A stretch of 64,000 nucleotides of DNA from NCBI GenBank assembly GCA_026003215.1, contig BPGV01000001.1:1178466-1242465 (forward strand), written 5' to 3'. Every line of letters starts with the position of its first letter. The stretch's first letter is position 1. The DNA comes from Bacteroidia bacterium (GTDB lineage: Bacteria; Bacteroidota; Bacteroidia; SpSt-205). The translations under genes were made by a program, and so were the position numbers. Below the pieces are notes generated by a model. The model had not been told where the DNA came from and did no database searches. It was given only the letters and a program-made list of their open reading frames with translations. This document shows, piece by piece, positions 45,686-54,799 of this stretch.

Positions 45686-46459
45686 TTATTCTCCTTCGGC
45701 TGAGCGCTGCTTTTCGTAGAGCTCGGCCAGGTAAAGCTCCCGCAAAAAGTACGCACTGGCCCCAATCAGCGCAATGCTCCATCCTCGCCAGCCTAACCGC
45801 CAGCCCCCTTTAAGGACCAAGCTCTTAAAGAAGCGTGCCCCTCCTTTTGCAAACGAACGCCCCCAAAAAGGCCTCTTCCCGGCCTCATACAACGCTTGGG
45901 CAGCCAGCCGAGCGTAATGGGTATTGCGTGTGACATGTTCTGTGACGGTAGCGTAGGAGTAGTGCCATAACTCCCCCGCCAGGCGCACTGGCCGTATGCC
46001 TGCCTGAAGGTGTAGCCGCTCATGCACCGGCGCTTCATCCCAATGGGCTACGCCTCGAGCAAAAAGGCGGATCTTCCAATCGGGATACCAATCACTTGCC
46101 CGAATAAAAGCCCCGCAATACACCGCCACACGTAGAATCTCATACGCTGGGGCCCGCCAGCGGCCTTTTTCAGCGAGGATAGCTTCTCTCAGCGCAGGCG
46201 AGAGCACCTCGTCAGCATCCAGTGAGAGGATGTATCGGCCACGCGCTAAGCCGTTTGCCCAGTTTTTTTGGGCGCCATAGCCTGGGAAGGGCCTTTCATA
46301 CCAGCGCACTTGGGGAAAGCGTTCCGCTACCGCCCGCGTCCCATCGGTAGAACCGCTATCTACAATAACGATTTCATCGGCTACACCTTGCAGCGCTTCT
46401 AAGGTGGGCCCCAGTCGATGGGCTTCATTATACGTAATAAGGACAGCCGAAAGCTCCAT
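45686..46459 (-). CDS. GT2 glycosyltransferase (WaaE/KdtX-like)
   Basis: ITYNEA, VDSGSTD, QKN, LSLDADE, WYPD..IRLF, VHE. Confidence 0.9.
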   Translation of the reverse strand: MELSAVLITYNEAHRLGPTLEALQGVADEIVIVDSGSTDGTRAVAERFPQVRWYERPFPGYGAQKNWANGLARGRYILSLDADEVLSPALREAILAEKGRWRAPAYEILRVAVYCGAFIRASDWYPDWKIRLFARGVAHWDEAPVHERLHLQAGIRPVRLAGELWHYSYATVTEHVTRNTHYARLAAQALYEAGKRPFWGRSFAKGGARFFKSLVLKGGWRLGWRGWSIALIGASAYFLRELYLAELYEKQRSAEGE

Positions 46460-46460
46460 C

Positions 46461-47717
46461 TTACGCCGCTGTACGTATAGCCTCGATCGGATGCAAGCGA
46501 GCCGCACTCCAAGCAGGAGCCATACCCGCCAAAAGCCCCACGAGTAGGGTAATCACCAACGACCATACGAGGTCCCCTACGGCCACCGCGACTACCAAGC
46601 CTTCTTGCGCAGCCCACCCCGATAAGGACACCATTAGAAGGGCCATCATACTTAGGCCTAAAAAGCCCCCCACCAGCGTCAGAAAAAGCCCCTCCACCAG
46701 AAAAAGCCCCAAGATAAACCCGCGCGGGGCACCCATTGCCCGCTGAATCCCTATTTCCCCCCGGCGCTCACGCACGGCTATATATAAAATATTAGCCACC
46801 CCAAACCCACCTACCAAAAGCGAAAAACCCGCAATAAAAAGCCCCACCATCTGGACATATTCAGCAATATCCCGCACCTGATCCAGAAGCGCATCTTGGC
46901 GGTTAATAGCGAAGTTATCTTCTGCTTGGGGCGGGAGGTGTCGGGCTTGCCGCATAAGGCCCCGCACCCGAGTTTCTAATAAGTCTATCGGAAGCGCTTC
47001 GGGGTCCTTGGCCCGCACTAAAAGGGTACGGTCCCCTTGGATGCTATAGCGAAAGAGACCATGAATCCGGTATTGGACCCCAAAAGGCACCAGCAGAGCA
47101 TTATCTAAATCTCCGCCAAAAGCGCCCTGAGCTTTGAGCACCCCAATCACCTGGATAGGATACCCGCCATACCACAGCACAACGCCCACTTCTTTATCGC
47201 TTCCCACAAGGTCCTGCATCAAGCGGCTGCCGACCACCCCCACCAAGGCTCCCCTATTCAGCTCCTCAGGCCGAAAAAAACGACCCCACTGCACTTCCAA
47301 CGGAAAAGCCGCCTCAAAGCCTTCTGTAATGCCGACCACCTGTGCCTCTTCCGTACGCCCTTTATACCGCAACTTTTGGCTAAACTGGTCGTACCGCAAA
47401 GCTACCCACGCAAGCTCCCCTAAGCCCTCCTGCACCGTATGATAATCTACCAGGGAAATGCACGGCCGGCGCACATACTGCTCCCACGGGATGTTTCCCC
47501 TAAGCTTCCAGGGGAAGCGATGTACATACACCGTAGAAGCCCCCAAGCGCTCAAAGCGACTGATGATAGAGCGTTCCATAGAATAGGTAAAAACCCGCAC
47601 AGAAGCCACAGAAAAGATGCCCAAGCTGATAGTAAGCAAGGTAAGGAGAGAACGGCGACGATGGGCCTCTACATTGCGGAAGGCTTGGCGAAGTATCTCC
47701 TCTACGAGCCGAAACAT
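46461..47717 (-). CDS. MacB/FtsX family ABC transporter permease
   Basis: RSLLTLL.I.LGIFSV; GRFF; SLLVGGFGVANILYIAVRERRGEIGI.RAMGA; PA..AARLHPIEAIR. Confidence 0.93.
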   Translation of the reverse strand: MFRLVEEILRQAFRNVEAHRRRSLLTLLTISLGIFSVASVRVFTYSMERSIISRFERLGASTVYVHRFPWKLRGNIPWEQYVRRPCISLVDYHTVQEGLGELAWVALRYDQFSQKLRYKGRTEEAQVVGITEGFEAAFPLEVQWGRFFRPEELNRGALVGVVGSRLMQDLVGSDKEVGVVLWYGGYPIQVIGVLKAQGAFGGDLDNALLVPFGVQYRIHGLFRYSIQGDRTLLVRAKDPEALPIDLLETRVRGLMRQARHLPPQAEDNFAINRQDALLDQVRDIAEYVQMVGLFIAGFSLLVGGFGVANILYIAVRERRGEIGIQRAMGAPRGFILGLFLVEGLFLTLVGGFLGLSMMALLMVSLSGWAAQEGLVVAVAVGDLVWSLVITLLVGLLAGMAPAWSAARLHPIEAIRTAA

Positions 47718-47740
47718 GATAACTTTGCGCCTGCAAAGAT

Positions 47741-48790
47741 ATGAGCAGCCGTCTTTCCGACTACGCTTTTGAACTGCCCGAAAGCCAAATAGCTCAGTAC
47801 CCGCCGCAACCGCGCGGCAGTAATCGCCTCCTGGTCCTCCACCGAGAAAGCGGCGAAATAGAACACCGGCATTTCTCAGAACTCCCCCAGTGCTTAGAGG
47901 AAGGCGATGTAATCTTATACAACAACTCGCTGTCTTTCCCTTGCCTCCTCATTGGCCACAAGGAACGCAGCACCTCGCCTGTAGAAGTACTCCTGCTTCG
48001 AGAGCTGGACCCGGAGTCCCACTTGTGGAATGCGATGGTGGAGCCAGCGCGGAAGATTCGGGTGGGGAATAAGATTCACTTCCCGAATAGTCCGCTGACA
48101 GCCGAGGTGGTAGATAATACGACCAGCCGCGAGCGAGCCATTCGTTTCATCGTGCCTCCAGGGGCTTCCTTAGCACAGCTTATAGAAGAACACGGACGTA
48201 TGGCGCTCCCACGCTATATAGTACGCCCCCATCGGCCAGAAGACTATCGAGACTTTCGGCCGGTATGGCAAGGGATTCCCGGTTCTGTGCAAGCCCCTGA
48301 TGCCAGTCTGCCTTTTACCCGAGTGCTTATCCGAGAGTTGGAAGTCAAAGGGGTGGAGTTTGTGCCTGTCACTCTCCATGTAGGTACAGCAAACTTCCGC
48401 ACGATTGAAGTGGAGGACCTTTTTAAGTTTTCCATGGATGCGGAGTACTTCCAGATTAGCGAAGAGTCGGCTCGTCGCGTGAATGAAGCGCGCCGCCAAG
48501 GGAAAAAAGTCTTGGTAGTGGGCGTGAGTGCCCTGCGCGCCGTGGAGTCCAGCCTTTCGGCCTATGGAGAGCTCAAGCCAGCCGACGACTGGACCGTAAA
48601 GTTTATTTTCCCACCGTATCGGCCTGTCATCCCCACGGCTTTTCTCACCCAGTTTCACCTGCCTAAGTCGGCTGGCTATATCGCTACGGCGACCTTTGGC
48701 GGGTACCTCAAAGTACGCAGAGCCTACGAAACCGCCCTCAAAGAAGGCTATCAGTGGGGCTGCTACGGCGACCTGCTCTTGATTATCTGA
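47741..48790 (+). CDS. queA: QueA-family paralog with diverged motifs
   Basis: FELPESQIAQYP, PARKIRVGNK, AEVVDNTTSR, TLHVG, KFIFPPY, YGD; several core motifs are altered. Confidence 0.8.
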   Translation: MSSRLSDYAFELPESQIAQYPPQPRGSNRLLVLHRESGEIEHRHFSELPQCLEEGDVILYNNSLSFPCLLIGHKERSTSPVEVLLLRELDPESHLWNAMVEPARKIRVGNKIHFPNSPLTAEVVDNTTSRERAIRFIVPPGASLAQLIEEHGRMALPRYIVRPHRPEDYRDFRPVWQGIPGSVQAPDASLPFTRVLIRELEVKGVEFVPVTLHVGTANFRTIEVEDLFKFSMDAEYFQISEESARRVNEARRQGKKVLVVGVSALRAVESSLSAYGELKPADDWTVKFIFPPYRPVIPTAFLTQFHLPKSAGYIATATFGGYLKVRRAYETALKEGYQWGCYGDLLLII

Positions 48791-48793
48791 AAC

Positions 48794-49492
48794 GTGCGGA
48801 TATGGGTCCAACTTAGCGCGGGCGAAGGGAGCCGCTTCGGCAGCGTCACCCCTAAGCAATTCCTCCGCCTGGGCAGGAAACCTCTCCTGACCCACAGCCT
48901 GGCCACCTTTCTTTCCCTCTGGCCCGAGAGTCCTGTAATCGTAGTTTTGCCCTTAGCGCATTTTGCCCGTGGACGCACCCTGGTACAAAAATACTTTCCG
49001 CAAGCACAGCTCCATTTCGTGGTGGGGGGAGCCACCCGCAGCGCCTCCACCGAAGCTGCCCTCGCTTACCTCCAAAAGTTAGAAGCCCTTCGCCCAGAAG
49101 TAACGATTGCTTTCCACGATGCAGCTCGGCCTTTTCCTTCCGCTGCTTTGATAGAAAGGGTCTTCAAGACAGCACAAGAAAAAGGCGCTGCCGTATGTGG
49201 GCTGCCGGTACGCTTCTCGCTACGTAAGGTAGAAGGGGACACTTCGCAGGCCTTGCCTCGCGAAAGTATATGGGAGGTGCAAACGCCCCAAGCCTTCCGA
49301 GGGGACATTCTGGCCAGCGCCTGGGAGAAGCTCTCCCCCACCGCCGAGGCCTACTTCACCGATGAGGGTAGCTGGATAGAAGCGGCCGGCTTGCCCGTAG
49401 CCATGGTCTCAGGCGAACCCACCAACCTTAAGGTTACTTATCCCATAGACTGGGAGGTAGCCCGAACCCTTCTCCGGCGAGGTTCCCTCTAA
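48794..49492 (+). CDS. ispD: 2-C-methyl-D-erythritol 4-phosphate cytidylyltransferase
   Basis: AGEGSRFG...PKQFL, GGATRSAS, HDAARP, VQTPQAF, TDEG, NLKVTYP.D. Confidence 0.93.
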   Translation: MRIWVQLSAGEGSRFGSVTPKQFLRLGRKPLLTHSLATFLSLWPESPVIVVLPLAHFARGRTLVQKYFPQAQLHFVVGGATRSASTEAALAYLQKLEALRPEVTIAFHDAARPFPSAALIERVFKTAQEKGAAVCGLPVRFSLRKVEGDTSQALPRESIWEVQTPQAFRGDILASAWEKLSPTAEAYFTDEGSWIEAAGLPVAMVSGEPTNLKVTYPIDWEVARTLLRRGSL

Positions 49493-49518
49493 AAATCCGT
49501 ATCTTTGCCGGCACTGCT

Positions 49519-49592
49519 GGCGAGATAGCTCAGTTGGTAAGAGCGCAGGATTCATAACCCTGAGGTCGCGGGTTCGACTCCCGCTCTCGCCA
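49519..49592 (+). tRNA. tRNA-Met (CAT), probably elongator
   Basis: GGCGAGA/TCTCGCC acceptor stem; anticodon loop TTCATAA; GGTTCGACTCC T-arm; CCA not encoded. Confidence 0.93.
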
Positions 49593-49595
49593 CGA

Positions 49596-49668
49596 CGGGG
49601 CGTAGCGCAGCTGGTAGCGCGCAGCGTTCGGGACGCTGAGGTCGCTGGTTCGAGTCCAGTCGCCCCGA
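49596..49668 (+). tRNA. tRNA-Pro (CGG)
   Basis: CGGGGCG/CGCCCCG acceptor stem; CAGCG-TTCGGGA-CGCTG anticodon arm; GGTTCGAGTCC. Confidence 0.95.
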
Positions 49669-49669
49669 C

Positions 49670-52600
49670 CTACCGCACCCGTTCAGCTATCGCACACGGG
49701 AGCCGGTAAGTACGTGTACGGCCAGCCTGGGGTTCTATGAGCTGCACTTGTACGATGTACATCCCCGCAGGAAGGCGCCGGCCGCTCTCCTCTACCCCTT
49801 CCCAACGGAAACGATTTTCCCCTACCGCTAAAAGCACTCCTTCTGCGACTTGGCGCACTTTGTAGCCCGCCAGGGTATGCACACTGATATCCGCTCGGGT
49901 GCCTGCCTGCTCAACTGAGACGTATACCCACAAAAGGTCTTCATAGCCATCCCCATCCGGCGAAAAAGTCTTCGGTTCTACCCGTATGGGACCGGAGTCG
50001 GCAGGGGCCTCGCGCTGCGAGTTAGGATAGCCTGGCGTACCATAACGGACAGAGCTGGCCGCAGAATACCAGTTTTGGGGATCCTCCGAAGGCTGATGGG
50101 GAGAGAGCCGCTCTAAGGCTACGCCTTTACGCGTGCGCAGGTCCGGAAAGTGATACGAAGCGGCATACGGTACCTTATCCACCGCCATGGAATCCCTCCG
50201 TCTGAGTAGCCACACCGTATCCTGCTGATAATCGTAGGTAGGAAAATCCCCCATCTGATAAAAGCGCGCCGTAGGAGGCGGAAGGTAACGCCCCTGCACA
50301 TCGGCGGTGTCCTCCGTGAGACAGAGATAGCTCCCCGGCTCTAAGAGCAAGGGAAGCGAAGTAATCTCGGTATGCCTGGTAGGCGAAGTGCCCCGCGCTA
50401 AGAGCAGCTCGCGCACATCTATAAGCTTAGCGGAACGGTTGTATAGCTCCACGTAGCGACTACCCCCGGTTTGAGGCTCAGGCAGGATTTCATTTATCAC
50501 CACATCGCCGGGCGCCACGGGGGCAGGTACCCGCACGATGGCCAACAAGGTGTCTACAGGCTCTCCCGCGCAAGTACGCAGGCCACTTACCTTGAGGTAG
50601 TACGTTTGATTTTCGGCAAGAGGCACCATAGGAAGAAGCTCCACGCCAAAGCCGGTCATGATAGGCGCAGCTGCCAGGAGCGGCACCGCCGGCGCCCACA
50701 CATAGCGACTTATGTCGCTCAGCAAGAGGGTATCCATCCGCTCAGAGAAAAGCACTTGCACGACGGGAGGGAAGTACGCTGCACTTTTTATAGAGGGAGA
50801 GGGCGGGGGTATGGTTTGACGCAAGCTATTGGGCTGGCCGGGCGTGCCACCTACTGGAGCTGTGCTGGCGGCCCATCCTTCCTCCCCGCCACAAAACCAC
50901 CCTTCCCATAGCCGTTCTAAACTCCAGCCGCCTTCATCTTTTGCGGGGTCCTTGTACCACGAAGGCACATAGGTGACTTCTTCTATGACCTGTCCAGCGG
51001 TGTCCTGAAGCCTAATCGTAGCTCCGCTATTAGAGAGGGCTGGGAAGGAAACCACTCCCACACACTGCCCGTATGGAGAGAGGGCTACCGCGCCCTCCGG
51101 CGAGGTAAGCACCACATACTGCCCAGGACGCAGGAGATAAGCAGGCAGGAGGCGCTGGGTGCTCCCCACCCCCAGCTGCCACCCCTCCAAGCTAATGTAC
51201 TTTTGCGAAGCATTATACAGCTCTACATACTCATAGGGGGGAAGGCCAACAGGTGGGTCTGGGTCGGCCATAATCTCGGTCAAGACCACATCATACGGGC
51301 TAGCCGGCGCCGGCCAGCCAAATACGTAAGTATGCGTAGCTTCATTCCCTACGCAGTCGCTCACCCGCACCGTGAGGGTATATTCAGTACTGAACGAAAG
51401 CGGCGTAGCTAAAAAAACCTGTATTTCATCCCCCCATATCTGTACAGCGCTTACATTTATCCCGCCTGAAAGGGTATAGCGGCTAAGGTCTCGCATCGCC
51501 GCACTATCTACCGGCTCAGAAAAGCGCAAAAGGATTTCACTGGCCGAACGGAAGGAGACACTTACCAGTTGGGGGGGAGTTTGGTCCTGCCACAGACCCG
51601 CTACGCTGTTGGCTGCACCGGGAGTGCCCCCCGCTGCGGCTAACGACGCTATCCAGTTGGAGTCGGTCGCACAGAGGTTATTGAGATCTATGCGCTCCAA
51701 ACTCCAGCCGCCTTGGGCCTTAGTTGGGTCGCGATACCAGGCGCTGGTATAACTCACATGGTCCAATCGCTGCGCACTGGCATTCCAGAGTGTGAGGCTA
51801 TCGCCGCTGTCGTTGAGCGTGGGCCAGGAAGCTAACCCCATACTCCCAGGATAACTCCCCGTAGCAGCTGAAGGCACCAAAAGCAAATATCCGCCCGGTG
51901 GTAGGATAGCATTCCCCAAAGTGGCACATTGCGTACCATCACAGAACTGCATACCCCCTACTTGCACCCAACGAGGAGAACGGTTATACAGCTCTACATA
52001 CTCATACGGCGGAAGGCCCACCACGGGCGTAGGTTTGGCCATAATCTCTGAAAAAATCACTTCGCCCGGCTGAGGCTCCTCCGGCAATACCACATCTACC
52101 GTGCCCGAGCCGCTATTGCCTGCCATATCCTGCACGCCTACATACTGGAGGGTATATACCACTGAGGGTTGGAGGCCAGGGGATACCGTCAGCTCCACGG
52201 TAGCTGGGGTGGGCCGGGCCGCAGCTGCCACAGAAAGCCCCCCATTCACAAAGCTATAAGCAGCGGTATTCGTAGCCGAGGTAGGTTCTACCGACTCTGA
52301 AAAGTAAAGCCGCACGGAGGTAGAGGAGACCGCTTCGGCTTGGAGTACCTGAGGGGGCGTAGTATCCACAATAGGCGGACCAATATAAAAGTCATCCAGC
52401 CAAAGGTTTTGTCGGTTGGTAGAAGTGTGCTGAAAATACACGCCAAAATAGCTTGTGGTGGTAATCGTATTGTCCGTTACGAAAAACTCACTTTCCCAGT
52501 AGCCTGAAGAGTCGGTGAAAGCCTGCCAAGTACCAGCGTTATCGCGCAGCACCCGCACCCACAGGATGTTGTTGGTACCGCCGAAGCGCCCTGCGCGTCC

Positions 52601-53008
52601 GCCCGCCAGCCGCGTATGCGTCCCCCCCTGCTGACGCCAGAGTTCCAAGCTGTCCGACGTACCTGTAATCCCGCCCAGTTTTAGGTAATACCCATTTAGC
52701 GCAGGGTCAGTAAGGTCAGCCCTATCGGCTACGAGGTAAACCCGCACATAGTTTGCAGTGGAGGGGTTGAAAGCTACCCGTACCCAAAAGCGCCATTCGG
52801 TATTGTTTATCAGGGCATTAGGGGTAGAAAGGTAGAGCGTAGCGGTAGCGGCTGGGCCATTACTACGCAGACGATAATCCGTCGTAACCATCCAATAGGC
52901 ATCGGTGCCCGACCAGGTGGGATTAACCGTGAAGTCCCCATCCGCAAAATCATCTTGCACTTGGGCCCAGGCCAGCATGACTCCTACGACCAGTCCCCCC
53001 CATCTCAT
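49670..53008 (-). CDS. large secreted protein with three lamin-tail domains, Ig-like domains and a T9SS/gliding-type C-terminal domain
   Basis: Signal peptide; three V.(F/L/I).EI(M/L)..P...YVELYN...GWSLER..W...GTPG..NS units; DTTPP Ig starts; TFSPDGDGYED and WEG...LPAGMYIV. Confidence 0.85.
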   Translation of the reverse strand: MRWGGLVVGVMLAWAQVQDDFADGDFTVNPTWSGTDAYWMVTTDYRLRSNGPAATATLYLSTPNALINNTEWRFWVRVAFNPSTANYVRVYLVADRADLTDPALNGYYLKLGGITGTSDSLELWRQQGGTHTRLAGGRAGRFGGTNNILWVRVLRDNAGTWQAFTDSSGYWESEFFVTDNTITTTSYFGVYFQHTSTNRQNLWLDDFYIGPPIVDTTPPQVLQAEAVSSTSVRLYFSESVEPTSATNTAAYSFVNGGLSVAAAARPTPATVELTVSPGLQPSVVYTLQYVGVQDMAGNSGSGTVDVVLPEEPQPGEVIFSEIMAKPTPVVGLPPYEYVELYNRSPRWVQVGGMQFCDGTQCATLGNAILPPGGYLLLVPSAATGSYPGSMGLASWPTLNDSGDSLTLWNASAQRLDHVSYTSAWYRDPTKAQGGWSLERIDLNNLCATDSNWIASLAAAGGTPGAANSVAGLWQDQTPPQLVSVSFRSASEILLRFSEPVDSAAMRDLSRYTLSGGINVSAVQIWGDEIQVFLATPLSFSTEYTLTVRVSDCVGNEATHTYVFGWPAPASPYDVVLTEIMADPDPPVGLPPYEYVELYNASQKYISLEGWQLGVGSTQRLLPAYLLRPGQYVVLTSPEGAVALSPYGQCVGVVSFPALSNSGATIRLQDTAGQVIEEVTYVPSWYKDPAKDEGGWSLERLWEGWFCGGEEGWAASTAPVGGTPGQPNSLRQTIPPPSPSIKSAAYFPPVVQVLFSERMDTLLLSDISRYVWAPAVPLLAAAPIMTGFGVELLPMVPLAENQTYYLKVSGLRTCAGEPVDTLLAIVRVPAPVAPGDVVINEILPEPQTGGSRYVELYNRSAKLIDVRELLLARGTSPTRHTEITSLPLLLEPGSYLCLTEDTADVQGRYLPPPTARFYQMGDFPTYDYQQDTVWLLRRRDSMAVDKVPYAASYHFPDLRTRKGVALERLSPHQPSEDPQNWYSAASSVRYGTPGYPNSQREAPADSGPIRVEPKTFSPDGDGYEDLLWVYVSVEQAGTRADISVHTLAGYKVRQVAEGVLLAVGENRFRWEGVEESGRRLPAGMYIVQVQLIEPQAGRTRTYRLPCAIAERVR

Positions 53009-53042
53009 GCGAGGCAAGATAAGCTTTTTACCTAAACCTGAG

Positions 53043-54023
53043 CTATTCCCAGCCCTCCGGCGCAAAGGAGTGCAAGCACTCCCGCACGTAGGCGGGTGTA
53101 AGCGCTCGCATGCAGTCATGATGCCCGCGTGGGCAGCTGGAGCAGCCCAGCTTACTACAAGGCCGGCAGGAGAGGTAGGGTACTTCTATGTTGCGGTGCG
53201 GAACCTGCCAGGGGTACATGCCAAAGGCCGGGACAGTATTGCCCCAGAGCACAGCCACTGGCGTACCCATAGCCGCGCCTAAGTGCGCTGTACCGGTGTC
53301 ATGGCTCAGGAGCAGTTGGGCTTGACCAATGGCCGCCGCCGTCTCTAAAAGGCCATACCGCCCCGCACCTACGATTACCGGCCCGGGGCAGGCCGCAGCA
53401 ATAGTATGAGCTACCTCTTCTTCGCTGGAGCCGCCCAAAAGGATTACCCCACCTCGCCAGTTCTGGAGCAGTTGTATAAAATACCCTGTCGGCCATCGCT
53501 TGGTCGGGTAGGTGCCCCCCAAGCCTACGGCTATCCAAGGCGCGCTTTCTCCCTTCGCCCGAAGCTCCTCCCGAATAGCCTCCACTACCTTCTGCGGGAT
53601 ATGCACCTCCAGCGGGCCTAATGCCTCAGGAGCTATCCCCCAAGGTCGCAGGGCCTCCCCATACCGAAGTACCACATGCCGCACCGGAAATACCCGCTTC
53701 AGCCGAACCATGAGCCACTTGCGGAGATTTTCTTTGGGGAAGGTGGAAAAACGCTCATACCGCAGCTTCCACCGGAGAGACAGGGTGCGTAGGTTGCGGT
53801 GAAGGTCTATTACCCCGCTCCAGCGGGTAGCCCGCACCTCTGTGGATAGCGGCCATCTATGCACAGCCGTAACAAGGGGATGGTGTGCTACCAGAGGTTC
53901 ATACACCGCCCGTGTGAGGAAATGCACCTCCGCTTCTGGATAGCGGTTCTTTAGGGCCCGAATGATTGGCGTAGTAAGGACTATGTCCCCCATGCTACTG
54001 AGCCGAACCACCAAAAACCTCAT
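53043..54023 (-). CDS. GT9 (heptosyltransferase-like) glycosyltransferase
   Basis: LVVRLSSMGDIVLTTP, IDLH, TKRWP, HDTGTAHLGAA, CRPCSKLG..CP.GHH.CM. Confidence 0.92.
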   Translation of the reverse strand: MRFLVVRLSSMGDIVLTTPIIRALKNRYPEAEVHFLTRAVYEPLVAHHPLVTAVHRWPLSTEVRATRWSGVIDLHRNLRTLSLRWKLRYERFSTFPKENLRKWLMVRLKRVFPVRHVVLRYGEALRPWGIAPEALGPLEVHIPQKVVEAIREELRAKGESAPWIAVGLGGTYPTKRWPTGYFIQLLQNWRGGVILLGGSSEEEVAHTIAAACPGPVIVGAGRYGLLETAAAIGQAQLLLSHDTGTAHLGAAMGTPVAVLWGNTVPAFGMYPWQVPHRNIEVPYLSCRPCSKLGCSSCPRGHHDCMRALTPAYVRECLHSFAPEGWE

Positions 54024-54799
54024 GGACACGGCACACATGGGGTATCGTTGTAGCGCACCAAGGCCAGGGGAGCCGTATGCCAATAGCGAAGCCGTTCCGC
54101 CAGCGCGGCTTCTTTATCCGGCTCGTACAGGTTAGGGTAAATGAGCATAAGGGGTTTTTGGGCCGCTTCCCAGGCAGCGTGGTAGTCGGAACGCTCCTGG
54201 GCAGGATAAAAATGCTGATAATCTATCCCCAGAAAATCCCACTCCCGCACACAAGGAATATCCGTAGGGCTCCCGCTGGTAAAACCCCAGTGCAGAGCGG
54301 GAGCGGCTTCTTTGAGCTGTCGTAAAAGACCACACCAAAAAGCATTTCCCCCAGGTGCTTTTTTCCAGCCACGACCAAAAGCCACATAAGAAACCTTATA
54401 GGGACGCATAAAAGGTATAAAGTCCTCCAGCAGCCACTGCGTGAAAGCCTGCTGCCAATGAGCCTGTGCCCCCGAGTCGGTCGGGAAAAACAAGGTATCG
54501 TCCCAAGGCGGCTCTATAATTAGCAGTTGCACAGGGAGCTGCTCTAAGAAAGTCGTCAAAGCATACCGATGGCCGGAGAGCCATTCGGGGGCATCGGTCA
54601 GCGGGTCCCTGCGCAAAACCAAGGATATCGCCCACCCCCCACTATCTTGCCCGCAGGAGAGCGGGAGGGTAGGCACACATTCTGCTTGGAGGGCTACATG
54701 ACGCCAGGTTGGAGGGGCGGCTACAGGCGCCTCCTGCCCTTGACAAGCCACACCTATAACAAAAAAAACTATAATCCTACTTTTGCTTCCGAAGGGCAC
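54020..54799 (-). CDS. hypothetical lipoprotein, possible degenerate GH113-like TIM barrel
   Basis: Lipobox GVAC; W...F..W, FWCGLLRQLK, WDFLGID.., KPLML pattern. Confidence 0.55.
   Translation of the reverse strand: MPFGSKSRIIVFFVIGVACQGQEAPVAAPPTWRHVALQAECVPTLPLSCGQDSGGWAISLVLRRDPLTDAPEWLSGHRYALTTFLEQLPVQLLIIEPPWDDTLFFPTDSGAQAHWQQAFTQWLLEDFIPFMRPYKVSYVAFGRGWKKAPGGNAFWCGLLRQLKEAAPALHWGFTSGSPTDIPCVREWDFLGIDYQHFYPAQERSDYHAAWEAAQKPLMLIYPNLYEPDKEAALAERLRYWHTAPLALVRYNDTPCVPCP

Noticed and set aside
48170-48895. 241-aa - strand ORF
   Set aside because: It is antisense to queA2/ispD and has no recognisable features.
49519-49700. tRNA pair as an integration site for an island
   Set aside because: I saw no integrase, no duplicated tRNA 3' end and no compositional shift downstream.
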